NCBI GenBank assembly: GCA_009841605.1
Contig: VXLM01000122.1
Span: forward strand, 11,198-75,197
From: Dehalococcoidia bacterium
GTDB taxonomy: Bacteria > Chloroflexota > Dehalococcoidia > Lucifugimonadales > VXLM01
Direction: 5' to 3'
Length of the DNA: 64,000 nt
Below the pieces are notes generated by a model. The model worked only from the letters and a program-made list of their open reading frames with translations. It had not been told where the DNA came from and ran no database searches. A program made the position numbers and the translations under genes. Positions 39,266 through 50,672 of this stretch are shown piece by piece (position 1 is the stretch's first letter; each line of letters begins with the position of its first letter).

Positions 39266-40123
39266 TTAGCCGATGTCCGGGTAGTGCAGCGGGAGTCCAG
39301 TTGTCCCTACATCGTACCGGGTGATGTGCCACCTGCCTATGTTTGCGCCAAGGAGCATGTCCCGGTCTCGTCCACAGAAGGCGATGTTGGTCGGAGCGGC
39401 AATAAGCGTGCCCTCGAAGTCCTCGGCGAGGATGTCGACCTGTCCGTCCGTCGTTCGACGGTAAATCACGTCAGGTCTGTACATAGACACATAGAGATTG
39501 CGGTCGGTGTCGAAGGCGACGCCGTCGGGGACGGTCCTCGGGAACTCGACAACGGTCTCGTGCCGGCCCGGACTGCCGTTGGCCTCGATAGCAATCCGAT
39601 CAACGCGGGGAGGGTTGACACTCATGGCGACGTAGATATCGTCGCCGTCCGGGCCGATGCAGAGTCCGTTGGGAAACTCCTTCGGTCGCCTGTCCCATAC
39701 CTCCGCGTCGCCTCCCGGTCGTATGCGGTAGATCACGCCGTTGTCTTTGTGCCAGTCGCCCGAATCGCAAACGTACAGGTTGCCGTCGGCATCGAAAGCG
39801 GGATAGTTCGGCACCCGGAACGGCTCATCATCAGTGCCGATCGAGTAAACCGACACTACGCCGCCCTTCGTAATTTTCATCACAGCCTTGTTGCCGGCAT
39901 CACAGGCGTAGATATTGTGGTCTGCGTCCAGTGCCATACCGAGTACAAAACCGCTCGTGTCGGCGAACTGGACGACCTCCTGCCCTTCGATGTCGATTCT
40001 GTAGACTTGCCCGGCCTCGCCTCCTGCATAAGCGTAGCCGTCAAGCCCCCAGGCTATGCCCTCCGGGTGGTCCAGTCCTTCTACAAAAACGGATACCTGC
40101 GTGTCGTTATTCAGAAGACTCAT
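39266..40123 (-). CDS. SMP-30/gluconolactonase/LRE family protein
   Basis: HPEG, PNYPAFD, FPNG, PDGVAFD and PTNIAF. Confidence 0.87.
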   Translation of the reverse strand: MSLLNNDTQVSVFVEGLDHPEGIAWGLDGYAYAGGEAGQVYRIDIEGQEVVQFADTSGFVLGMALDADHNIYACDAGNKAVMKITKGGVVSVYSIGTDDEPFRVPNYPAFDADGNLYVCDSGDWHKDNGVIYRIRPGGDAEVWDRRPKEFPNGLCIGPDGDDIYVAMSVNPPRVDRIAIEANGSPGRHETVVEFPRTVPDGVAFDTDRNLYVSMYRPDVIYRRTTDGQVDILAEDFEGTLIAAPTNIAFCGRDRDMLLGANIGRWHITRYDVGTTGLPLHYPDIG

Positions 40124-40190
40124 GACTCCTCCAACAGGATCATAAGGATCATCCTGTCCTAGGCAGGATCAGGTTTGTCCTTGCTCTCGC

Positions 40191-40961
40191 TTATTCGCGC
40201 TCCAACATGAAGCCGTTGTTGAGGAAGGCGCCGTCGACCGGGATGGCCGTCCCGCTGATGTGCGCCGATTTTTCGCTGCACAGGAATATCACTAAATCTG
40301 CCACTTCTTCGGGATAGGCCTCCCTGCCGGCGGGCATCCTCTTCAGGCGCTGTGCCTGTAGCGTGGGCTCGCGTTTGTAGACCATCTCCGTCATGGGAGT
40401 GAGCACCATGCCGGGACAAACGGCGTTGACGTTGATGCCGTACTCCGCCCACTCCAGTGATAACACACCCGCGAGTCCGATCAGGCCCGCCTTGGCCGGA
40501 GTGTATGCGCCTCGCTCCGGCACCGGAGCCCTCGCAGCGACCGACGACATGAAGACGACCCGTCCGCCTTCACCCTGTTCCACTAACCTCTTGCCGACGG
40601 CTTTGCTGAACAGGAACGCGCCGGTCAGGTGCGTGTTGAGAGCTCTGCTCCAGTCCTCCGCCGCCAGTTCCAGCACGGGCGCCCTGATGTTGTTTCCGGC
40701 GCAGTGGACGAGGAAGTCAACTCTGCCGAAGTGGTCGACCGTTCGCTGCACCGCCTCTTCCACCGAATCTTCGCAGGTGACCTCGACTTCTATGCCGATC
40801 GCTCTGCCACCCCGGGACGAGACATCGTCGGCGATTTCGTCGGCCCGGGGTGCGTCCACGTCGGCAACTGTTACGCCGACACCCACATCGGCGAATGCAC
40901 GGCTCACCGCGGATCCGATCCCGCCGGCTCCGCCAGTCACGATAGCCACCTTGCCCTGCAT
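40191..40961 (-). CDS. SDR family oxidoreductase
   Basis: TGGAGGIG, YTPAK and VNAVCPG. Confidence 0.88.
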   Translation of the reverse strand: MQGKVAIVTGGAGGIGSAVSRAFADVGVGVTVADVDAPRADEIADDVSSRGGRAIGIEVEVTCEDSVEEAVQRTVDHFGRVDFLVHCAGNNIRAPVLELAAEDWSRALNTHLTGAFLFSKAVGKRLVEQGEGGRVVFMSSVAARAPVPERGAYTPAKAGLIGLAGVLSLEWAEYGINVNAVCPGMVLTPMTEMVYKREPTLQAQRLKRMPAGREAYPEEVADLVIFLCSEKSAHISGTAIPVDGAFLNNGFMLERE

Positions 40962-41086
40962 CTTCGGCCTCCTCGCTTGGCTGGAGCGAAATATATACCT
41001 TCCCACGACAGCCGGTCAATCGCGCCCTATCGTGGCCTTTCATTTGTGAGTACAATGGCCGGAAATCAGAGCGGACGGAGGTACCC

Positions 41087-41923
41087 ATGGGCAGGCTAGA
41101 CGGCAAGGTGGCTATCGTTACGGGAGGCGCTCAGGGTATCGGCGGAGCAACCGCGAGACGGTTGGCCGAGGAAGGGGCCAAGGTACTCATCGCCGACATC
41201 GACGAAGTGATGGCGGAGAAGAATGCGGAGGGGATACGGGCGGCAGGCAACGAGGCGGACGCGGTCAGAGTTGACGTGAGCAAGCACTCCGACATCAGGA
41301 TGATGGTTGAGCGTGCGGTGGAGAAGTGGGGTCGCCTGGATATCCTGTTCAGCAACGCCTTCGACGTGCTGACAGCGGGCAGCGGCGGGGCAGTGGAGGT
41401 GTCGGAGGAAGACTGGGATTCTCAGATGGCCGTGCTGCTCAAGGCCATCTTCCTCGCCGTGAAGTACGCCGTGCCGGAGATGAGGAAGGTTGGGGGCGGA
41501 AGTATCGTGAATGTCTCGTCGGTGCACGGCATGTTCGGTGCTCCCGGTGTGCTGGTCTACGAGACGGCCAAACACGCCGTGATTGGGGCGACCAGGCAGA
41601 TGGCAACCGAGTACGGCCCGGACGGCATTCGGGTCAACGCCGTGCTTCCCGGACACATGCTCACCGAGCGCCTTCGCGAGCACATGTGGAAGGACAATCC
41701 CTCAGGCCTGGAGTTCTTCAAGAACCAGTATCCGCTGCGCGACGTGGGGCGAGCCGAGGACATCGCCAACGCCGTGCTTTTCCTCTGCTCCGACGAGGCT
41801 TCGTTCATCACGGGTCATCCCCTGGTCGTGGACGGAGGTCATTCGATACAGCTTCAGGAGAACTTCGGCGTGCGCCAAGGGCATTACCTGCAGGACAACC
41901 CGGAAACGCAGCTGCCTTATTAG
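41087..41923 (+). CDS. SDR family oxidoreductase
   Basis: TGGAQGIG, YETAK and FITGHPLVVDGG. Confidence 0.9.
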   Translation: MGRLDGKVAIVTGGAQGIGGATARRLAEEGAKVLIADIDEVMAEKNAEGIRAAGNEADAVRVDVSKHSDIRMMVERAVEKWGRLDILFSNAFDVLTAGSGGAVEVSEEDWDSQMAVLLKAIFLAVKYAVPEMRKVGGGSIVNVSSVHGMFGAPGVLVYETAKHAVIGATRQMATEYGPDGIRVNAVLPGHMLTERLREHMWKDNPSGLEFFKNQYPLRDVGRAEDIANAVLFLCSDEASFITGHPLVVDGGHSIQLQENFGVRQGHYLQDNPETQLPY

Positions 41924-42454
41924 GTCTGACGGAGACATCGACGGAGGAAGGAGCTCTGTTTCGAGCCTCGATGGTTCCTGACACCGTATGGGGCGTTTCA
42001 CTCGTTTGTCATACGGTTTCCCCTAGAGGATTGCTTCACTTTGTCCGCCTCCTATAGGTCCTTTTTTCGTCTTTCTTCGAGCTGCCCAAACGGCCAAGGA
42101 AGTGGGTCTAGCTTGACTTCGGGGAACCGCTGTGATAAATCCCTTGCACCTCTGGCGTTCCTGAATCTTGAGCGTTTGAGCCAAAGCCTGATTGAAGTCC
42201 TATACTAGTAAAATTACTTTACGAATTTCGTAGATAAATTCCCAAATGTGTGGTAGTTGTTATCACCCACTTTGGAAACCCTGTTTGAGCAAACACAGAA
42301 AACTCGAAAGGAACAAGACGGCGTAGGAAGGTTCTCACATTTCACAACGGACGATTGAAACCGAGTCTCTCGAATCTGGAAGCGAACAATCGGAGTGCTA
42401 AGCGAAGTGCTTTAGAACGCCTTGCGAGGCTGGATCGTGAAGGAGGGAGAATTC

Positions 42455-45382
42455 ATGAAGTACAGTCTGTTGAAGTTAGGATCTGTTGCACTGATTGTCG
42501 CCGCGGTGGGGTTGATCGTTTCGATCGCATGCGGCACCAGTGATGAGGAAGCTGCTCCTACGCCTGACGTGGCGAAGATAATCCAGGACGCCGTAAACAG
42601 CGTTCCACAGGGAGCTAGCGCCGCTGAAATTCAAAATCTCGTCTCGGACTCGGTAGCTTCTGCGCTTGCCAATCAGCCGGCCGGCGTTACGCGGGCTGAT
42701 GTTGAGGCGGCAGTCAACGCTGCTTCAGCGGGCCAGCTTTCGGCCGCCGATGTGCAGCGAATCGTCGACCAGTCGATTCGCAACCTCCCGGCCCCCGAGC
42801 CTGCCGAGATCGACGTGGGGCAGCTGCGGTCCCTTGTCCAGCAGTCGGTTGCCGCATCCGTTCCTGAAGGTGTGAGTGCTGCCGACATTAACCGGATGGT
42901 TCAAGCGGCTGTGGGTGCTGTGCAGGCCGGAGCCGTTACGCGAGGTGACTTGGAAGACCTCGTAGCCAAGTCCATCCAGGAAGTCGCCGGAGACCAGCTA
43001 ACTGCTGCCCAGGTGCAGGAAATCGTGGACGCGTCTCAGGCGGCGACCCAGGCTGCCGTTGATGCCTCGCTGGAGGCGACGCAAGCCGCGTTGGATGCGT
43101 CGCTGATGGAGACCCAAAGCGCGGTGGACGCGTCGTTGGCTGCCTCGCAAAAGTCTGTGGACTCGGCATTGATGGAGACCCAGAGTTCGGTCGAGGAAGC
43201 TGCAATGGCGGCCAAGGCTGCCCAAGAGGCCGCTGAGATGGCTGCCTCCGAGGCGGCGATGGCCGTGATCGAGCCGGTGCAGCCGTACGGCAAGCCGCTC
43301 GGAGTTGGTGGGTACTTCGACTACCGCTTCACCGGTCCGAAGCCCACTACGTTCCAAGAGTCCCCGATGTCGGCGGAGCTAGTGAGGCAGGGTCAGCTTC
43401 CACCGCTCATGGAGCGGCTACCGGTGCCTGAGGACGTGCATGTCGTTCCGCCGCCTAACGAGATCGGCACCTATGGCGGGACGTGGCGGGCCACAAGGCA
43501 CAACCAGCGTTATCTGCAGCAGTACGCCAACGGCCATCCGCTGCAGTTGAACGCGGACGGCGCGAGCTACGTCGAGCGCGTGGCAAAGGGAATGGATCAC
43601 TCCGAGGACGGGAGAGTGTACACGTTCTTCCTCCGCAGGGGCGGCAAGTGGTCGGGCGGTTCCGACCTCACCTCCGAGGACTTCCGCTTCACGTGGGAGG
43701 ACATCAACTACTATAACAATGCTGCCTCCAAGGCGGCGGGACTTTCAGGAAACGGCCTTGGTCCTGACACTCCCTACAGTCGTGCGCGAGACCCCGTTAC
43801 CGGGGAGGGCGCGAAGTTCGCGGTGATCGACGACTACACATTTAGCTTCACGTTCGATTCCCCGAACTACACGTTCTTCGCGGGAACGACGAGCGCGCGC
43901 GGTCCCGTGTCCTGTGGTTCGGGCTGGTGCTGGTACACGTCGGACGAGTACGCTAAGCAGTTCCATGAGAAGTACGCGGACTCTGCTGCCCTTGCGAAGA
44001 TGGTAGCGGATGGCGAGTTCGAAGACTGGACGAAACTCTTCCAAAATAGGGTGTCCTGGACGAGGTGCGGTTCCGACTGCATTGAGAACGGTCAGCCGTC
44101 CGCCGGCGCCTGGAAGATGGAGTACTTCCTCGATGACCAGTCGTCCATGGTGCGCAATCACTACTACTTTGGTGTCGACCCCGATGGGAACCAACTTCCC
44201 TACGTGGACGGCATCATCAACTTCAAGATGGAGAGCGTGGACGTCGCAATCCTGCGCGCCATGCAGGGCGAGTCCGACCTGGATGCCGACACTCTCTCAC
44301 GCCAGATGAGCGGAATCCCTCTGTTCATCACGAACATGGAGAGGGGGGACTACAGCATCTACCACTGGCCCGACCTTTCCGGTGGCGACCACTCGCTCTT
44401 CTTCAACCAGACTTGGAACGAAGACAAGGAACTCGGCAGGTGGCTTAGGACGCAGGACTTCCGAATAGCGCTGTCCCTTGCTATTGATCGCCATGCGATT
44501 AACAACATCGTCTTCTCGGGAGTGGGGTATGCCCAGAACTATGTCGTCCACGAGACCTCGCCCCACTACCCTGGCAAGCGCTTCGAGACGATAGACGCCA
44601 TACCGCAAGACATCGCCAGGGCCAACCAGATCCTCGATGGGCTCGGACTCGTTGACACGAACGGGGACGGCCTTAGGAATAGGCTGGACGGCGGCGGAAA
44701 TCTTGAGATTTATACCGGAGTGCCCGGCCTTCGGGTGCCGGTAGCTGAGCTGTTGGAGTCGGACTTCGCGAAGATCGGCATTAAGCTCGATTGGAAGGAA
44801 GACGGCGGTCACTGGGGTCTCATCAGGCAGAACCAGCAGTACCTCGGGATCTCAAACGTCAACGGCAGTTCAAACCTGTGGGCACGTGGCAATCCTGTTG
44901 CCCCCTATCGCTCAGGTGAGCCACAGGGGCCGTTGATCGGGCAGTACCTGACTAGCGGTGGTCAGGAAGGCATGGCTCCCACCGGGCCCGACCCTGACTT
45001 CCTGCCATTGGCGCCTGATGGCACCTGGCCTGCGGATGCGACAGGTAACATCAAGTTCCTGCTCGATAGCTGGACGGAAGGAGCGCAGCTTCCCGACCAC
45101 GACCCGCGGAAGATAGAGATCGGTCAGGCGATGAGCAGGGTGGTCGCGCTTGAGAAGTACCAGCTCGGAACGATTGCCTTCACGGGCTTCAGCCGCGGTC
45201 TCATCGTCAAGCGGAACAACTTCAGGAATGTCCCCGAGAGGCAGATCAGGTACGAGCACGGCCTGTACAACATGGTCAACGCCTTTGAGGACGGCATGGA
45301 CAACTACCACAATCCGGGCAACCGCTCGCGTCGCTACACGAGCAAGGCGGTCTTTGCCTCCGGCGAGACCATCAGGCCGTAA
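42455..45382 (+). CDS. ABC transporter substrate-binding lipoprotein (family 5) with long helical repeat N-terminal extension
   Basis: RBS AGGAGG, lipobox SIAC, ESPM...LPP..ERLP, GTYGG, LRRG.KWS, GNQLPYVD and FRIALSLAIDR. Confidence 0.85.
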   Translation: MKYSLLKLGSVALIVAAVGLIVSIACGTSDEEAAPTPDVAKIIQDAVNSVPQGASAAEIQNLVSDSVASALANQPAGVTRADVEAAVNAASAGQLSAADVQRIVDQSIRNLPAPEPAEIDVGQLRSLVQQSVAASVPEGVSAADINRMVQAAVGAVQAGAVTRGDLEDLVAKSIQEVAGDQLTAAQVQEIVDASQAATQAAVDASLEATQAALDASLMETQSAVDASLAASQKSVDSALMETQSSVEEAAMAAKAAQEAAEMAASEAAMAVIEPVQPYGKPLGVGGYFDYRFTGPKPTTFQESPMSAELVRQGQLPPLMERLPVPEDVHVVPPPNEIGTYGGTWRATRHNQRYLQQYANGHPLQLNADGASYVERVAKGMDHSEDGRVYTFFLRRGGKWSGGSDLTSEDFRFTWEDINYYNNAASKAAGLSGNGLGPDTPYSRARDPVTGEGAKFAVIDDYTFSFTFDSPNYTFFAGTTSARGPVSCGSGWCWYTSDEYAKQFHEKYADSAALAKMVADGEFEDWTKLFQNRVSWTRCGSDCIENGQPSAGAWKMEYFLDDQSSMVRNHYYFGVDPDGNQLPYVDGIINFKMESVDVAILRAMQGESDLDADTLSRQMSGIPLFITNMERGDYSIYHWPDLSGGDHSLFFNQTWNEDKELGRWLRTQDFRIALSLAIDRHAINNIVFSGVGYAQNYVVHETSPHYPGKRFETIDAIPQDIARANQILDGLGLVDTNGDGLRNRLDGGGNLEIYTGVPGLRVPVAELLESDFAKIGIKLDWKEDGGHWGLIRQNQQYLGISNVNGSSNLWARGNPVAPYRSGEPQGPLIGQYLTSGGQEGMAPTGPDPDFLPLAPDGTWPADATGNIKFLLDSWTEGAQLPDHDPRKIEIGQAMSRVVALEKYQLGTIAFTGFSRGLIVKRNNFRNVPERQIRYEHGLYNMVNAFEDGMDNYHNPGNRSRRYTSKAVFASGETIRP

Positions 45383-45403
45383 GACAATATCGGCGTCCAT
45401 AGT

Positions 45404-45441
45404 CCATCGCGGGGGCCTCTGGAAGGAGGTTCCCGCGATGG
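45404..45441 (+). terminator. Strong hairpin downstream of the SBP gene
   Basis: CCATCGCGGGGGCCTC-loop-GAGGTTCCCGCGATGG. The U-tract is weak. Confidence 0.55.
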
Positions 45442-45471
45442 TGTGTGTTGAGAATCTAGGAAAACGCGAAA

Positions 45472-46434
45472 ATGAGATACTTCACTGCTGAAGAAGCTCC
45501 ATATGTCATCCCTGATCGGTGGGAAGACGAGGCCACGAGGCTGCTGAAGGTGGGCTGGAAAGGCCGCCTCGTGACGGGCCTCTCCCAGTCGGCCTACCGT
45601 TCCTATGTCTTCCCGGTGGTCAGTCCCGCGGGAGTCTATGTCACCACCGAACGCTCCGCCAGCGATCACCCTTGGCACCAGTCGGTCACCATCGGCAGCG
45701 ACCGGTTCTACACCTACCTGCAGAGCCCGGAAGGCCCGGTTGAGCAGCCACCCCTCAATATGTATTGGGACTGGCCGTTTCAGGGACGCGATGCCGGACG
45801 CATCATCAGCAGCGTGGTCGACGAGCGGACTGAGCGCGCCGAGGACCATCTCGAAATTACGCAGAGGCTCCAGTGGCAGGGGCCGGAGGAGTATGGCGTC
45901 GGAGCCTACCGGCGCGTCCTCGCCGATGAGGTCCGCATCATAGACGTGCGCCCAGGCGACGTGGCCAACATCATTGATGTGCGGAGCCAGGTCCGTCCGA
46001 CCGACTGGGACCTCCGCATCGGGCCATGCCGGCACGGGTACTTCACCATCCGAGTAGCCGACCACCTTCGTGTGGTCGATCGGAATGGGGACAAGGTTGG
46101 CGGCAAGCTCACCGCGTCGGGCGGTCGGGTAGGGGAGAAGGAAATTCGCTGGCAGCTGGCCGACTGGGTGGACTACTCAGGCAAAGACGAGCAGGGCCGG
46201 ATGGCGGGTGTAGCCATCTTCCAATTCCCGTCGGTAGCTAACGTCCCCTGGTACCTCGTTGACTACGGCTCGGTACGAATCAACCCGCATCGCATGTCTC
46301 ACCGATACATCAAGCGAGGTGAGATGCTCGATCTCGCGATTCGCGTCGTCGCGCACGACGGCGACGCCGAGGAAGCGGGAATCGCCGACCTGTACGCTTC
46401 CTTTGCCGACGAGGTTGGGATCTCGACGAACTAG
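45472..46434 (+). CDS. DUF6807 ('PmoA family') soluble protein
   Basis: YVFPV.SPAG, DHPWH, IRVA and WVDYSG. No TM helices. Confidence 0.7.
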   Translation: MRYFTAEEAPYVIPDRWEDEATRLLKVGWKGRLVTGLSQSAYRSYVFPVVSPAGVYVTTERSASDHPWHQSVTIGSDRFYTYLQSPEGPVEQPPLNMYWDWPFQGRDAGRIISSVVDERTERAEDHLEITQRLQWQGPEEYGVGAYRRVLADEVRIIDVRPGDVANIIDVRSQVRPTDWDLRIGPCRHGYFTIRVADHLRVVDRNGDKVGGKLTASGGRVGEKEIRWQLADWVDYSGKDEQGRMAGVAIFQFPSVANVPWYLVDYGSVRINPHRMSHRYIKRGEMLDLAIRVVAHDGDAEEAGIADLYASFADEVGISTN

Positions 46435-46493
46435 GTCGTCGTCGAACCCATTATGTCCCGGCCGGATTCGAGACTTCTCACTTAAGGGGGAAT

Positions 46494-47609
46494 TTGCGCC
46501 CTACACAAAAATACCGCGCCGGTGTAATCGGTCTCGGCTGGATGGGGATGCTCGCCGATGTTGCCGTTGTCTATGAGCGGGGGGCGTACTCCGTCGACGA
46601 TGTTGAACGTCCAACACCTGAGTTGGACGTGCATCGTGAGTTTCACTATCACCAGAACGTCGGCGGGGCAAATATACCTCACACGTGGGCCGAAGTCTTC
46701 CATGACCGTCCGGACGTTGAGCTCGTGGCGGGAGCGGAGCGCGACCCTCAACGACTCAAAGCCTTTGGCGAACGATACGGCGTGGACGCGCTCTACACCG
46801 ACGCGGAAGAGATGCTGCACAACGAGTCGCTTGACATCGTCGCCGTGGCCACCAACGTCAAGGGACGCGCCGACCTGACGTGCCTTGCCGTCGAATGCGG
46901 CGCCAAGGCAATAGCAATCGAGAAGCCTATAGCGCACACGCTCCACGAGGTCGACCGCATAGTCATTGCCTGCGCCGCCGCCGGCGTGCCGCTCGTCGCA
47001 GGGGCGACGCCGGCGAACCACCCCTCATACGGGCGAGCGAAGGAACTCATCTCAGACGGCGCAACCGGCGACGTTGTCTCCATCGAGGCGGAGGCTCCCG
47101 CCTCTCAGAAGCCGCACTGGATGTACTTCGTAGACGACATGCCCTTGTGGGTCGTAGGCGTGGGCGACCGGGAGCGGCGCGATAGCGGTAGTGACGAATT
47201 TGTTGGGCAGGGACTAGCGCAGACACGAGGCGAAGCCGTCGTGCATTTCCGAAAGGGCGCAGGACTCGTTCGAGTGTCCGGTACTTCCGGCGAGATAGTG
47301 CTGGACAGCAATCCCGGCTCCCATTGGAGACTATGGCAGGACGTGGACATCGGGACCGGTGTGCGACGTGTGGAGATACCGTGGCCCGCGCCCCAGTTCG
47401 AAGGTGGTTACAACGCGGTGTGCGGGCTGTCCGACCTGATAGACTGCCTGGAAGGCAGGCTCGTCGAGCCCAAGAACTCTGGGCGAAGGGCGGCAATTGC
47501 GCTCGAAGTTGAGATCGCCCTCAAGCAATCGGCGGCCAACGGCGCCGCCAGAGTCGATCTTCCGTTGAAAGACAGGTCGCTCGGCCTCAACTACGACTGG
47601 TTCCGCTAG
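46494..47609 (+). CDS. Gfo/Idh/MocA family oxidoreductase
   Basis: IGLGWMG, LDIVAVAT, EKPIA and ALKQSA. Confidence 0.85.
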   Translation: MRPTQKYRAGVIGLGWMGMLADVAVVYERGAYSVDDVERPTPELDVHREFHYHQNVGGANIPHTWAEVFHDRPDVELVAGAERDPQRLKAFGERYGVDALYTDAEEMLHNESLDIVAVATNVKGRADLTCLAVECGAKAIAIEKPIAHTLHEVDRIVIACAAAGVPLVAGATPANHPSYGRAKELISDGATGDVVSIEAEAPASQKPHWMYFVDDMPLWVVGVGDRERRDSGSDEFVGQGLAQTRGEAVVHFRKGAGLVRVSGTSGEIVLDSNPGSHWRLWQDVDIGTGVRRVEIPWPAPQFEGGYNAVCGLSDLIDCLEGRLVEPKNSGRRAAIALEVEIALKQSAANGAARVDLPLKDRSLGLNYDWFR

Positions 47610-47720
47610 AGAAATGTCGCTCGGTTCCTACCCATAAAGTGCGACGCGACGTTTACTGCTTCTAGTGCGTAAGGTATAATCAGCATATCGCGTAAGACCT
47701 TTTCCCTTCGGACCGCACCA

Positions 47721-48350
47721 ATGCAGAAAGCGAATTCCTTCAAAGCGACAATCGTCTCCGTAGCCGTACCCTTGGCCGTACTCGTGGCCTTGATGTGGAT
47801 TGTTGGAATGGTCAACGCCCTCCTTGACTACCGGCTGAGCGAGTACGGCGTCGTCCCGCGTACAGTCGACGGGCTGATCGGCATTCCGCTGATGCCGTTC
47901 CTCCATGGCAGCTTCGATCACCTCGTCGTCAACACCCTGCCAATGGTGGTGCTGGGTGGACTTGTGGCGATTCATGGAAGCAGGAAATTCCTCACGGCGA
48001 CGGTGTTCATAACGCTCGTCGGGGGCGGAGCATTGTGGGTGGTTGGGAGAACCGCCGTCCACGTTGGCGCGAGTGGGCTGATCTTCGGATTCTTCGGCTA
48101 CCTTATCGCTAGAGCCTGGTACACTCGCAGCCTCGTCGCGGTGCTGATTGCCGTTGTGGTGGCCGTCGTATACGGCGGAATTCTTCTCGGCGTGCTGCCC
48201 TTCTTCCAGGAGGGAGTCTCTTGGGAAGGACACCTTACCGGTCTCATTGCGGGGGCGCTCGCGGCCCGACTAATGTGGAAGGAAAATCAGCCGGAAGAGG
48301 CCGAACAGGGCATGTCCGAGCAGGCCTCGGGGCCCGACGGATTTCGTTGA
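47721..48350 (+). CDS. Rhomboid family intramembrane serine protease
   Basis: PFLHGSFDHL..N, HVGASG and SWEGHL.G. Confidence 0.9.
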   Translation: MQKANSFKATIVSVAVPLAVLVALMWIVGMVNALLDYRLSEYGVVPRTVDGLIGIPLMPFLHGSFDHLVVNTLPMVVLGGLVAIHGSRKFLTATVFITLVGGGALWVVGRTAVHVGASGLIFGFFGYLIARAWYTRSLVAVLIAVVVAVVYGGILLGVLPFFQEGVSWEGHLTGLIAGALAARLMWKENQPEEAEQGMSEQASGPDGFR

Positions 48351-48376
48351 CACTCAGATTTTCCCTATGTTAGAAT
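48347..48376 (+). promoter_or_regulatory. Sigma70 promoter of the atp operon
   Basis: TTGACA-18 nt-TAGAAT with an extended -10 TG. The -35 overlaps the rhomboid stop codon. Confidence 0.7.
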
Positions 48377-48413
48377 CCAGTCGCCCTAAGGGGTACTGTT
48401 CTGAGGCTGTGCG

Positions 48414-48617
48414 ATGCGGTTGGTTGCCCGATTATTGGGTGTCGGCTGGTACGTCGCAATCTGCATCGTAGGCGGCGTGTGGGGTGGTGTCTGGCTGGAC
48501 GACAGGCTGGTTACCAGCCCGCTATTTTTGCTGATTGGCCTCATGTTGGGGATAGTGATTGCAGGAGCAGGTATCTATTTGATGCTCGCACCGCTGTTCT
48601 CGACAGACGGTGAGTAG
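48414..48617 (+). CDS. AtpZ/AtpI family (ATP synthase gene 1) membrane protein
   Basis: G.WLDDRL.TSP.F.L.G pattern, first gene of the operon. Confidence 0.8.
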   Translation: MRLVARLLGVGWYVAICIVGGVWGGVWLDDRLVTSPLFLLIGLMLGIVIAGAGIYLMLAPLFSTDGE

Positions 48618-48638
48618 ACGGAGGAGATTGACGAGAGC

Positions 48639-49980
<1,342 letters not shown>

Positions 49981-50054
49981 GCACGCCAAATAGGTGAACC
50001 GACGCTGAGGTACGGCCTTGAAAGGGCCGGCAGCCTTCGCGTCAAGGAGAGAGC

Positions 50055-50555
50055 ATGGAAGCCCTAGGACTACACCTGCCGCAGTTGATTGCGCAGATCG
50101 TCGGCTTTCTCGTCCTGCTGTTCATCCTCAGCAAGCTGCTCTACAAGCCGCTGCTCAAAGTCATAGACGAGCGCTCGGCCAAGATCAAGGAGAGCCTCGA
50201 GGCGGCTGAGAGCGCGAAAGAGCAGGCTGCTGCCAGCCAGGAGCAGATGCAAGAGGACATACGGAAGGCGCGCGAGGAGGGCCAGCAGATGATCGCGCAG
50301 GCCCGCGACGTTGCCGCCCGATTCCGTGACGAGGAGATGGCGAAGGCGAGAGACGAGATCGCCGCCGAACGGGCGAAGGCCGAGGCCGATATCCAGCGTG
50401 AACGTGACGCGGCCATCGAGGACCTGCGACGCGAGTTCGCCGGACTCGCCATCAGCGCGGCAGAGCGCGTGGTGGAGCGCTCGCTTAGCGAGTCGGACCA
50501 CCGCGACATCATCGACAGGGTGCTCGACGAGAGCGGTACCATAGGAAAAGGATAG
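50055..50555 (+). CDS. atpF: F0 subunit b
   Basis: N-terminal TM helix, YKPL...IDER and a coiled coil. Confidence 0.95.
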   Translation: MEALGLHLPQLIAQIVGFLVLLFILSKLLYKPLLKVIDERSAKIKESLEAAESAKEQAAASQEQMQEDIRKAREEGQQMIAQARDVAARFRDEEMAKARDEIAAERAKAEADIQRERDAAIEDLRREFAGLAISAAERVVERSLSESDHRDIIDRVLDESGTIGKG

Positions 50556-50672
50556 ACCTTAGCCTGACCTCCTCAAAGATGTCTTTAGGGTTGAGGAGAT
50601 TTCGGGAGGCACGTTCGTGATGGCAGAAAATCACGGACTGCCGCGGAACGAGACGGAGTAAACGAAGAGACT

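Noticed and set aside
39158-40162. 334-aa plus-strand ORF
   Set aside because: It is the antisense shadow of the SMP-30 gene and begins within the MITE-like repeat.
45472-46434. Methane monooxygenase, suggested by the 'PmoA family' label
   Set aside because: It is a soluble protein with no TM helices and no pmoC/pmoB neighbours. The family name is misleading.
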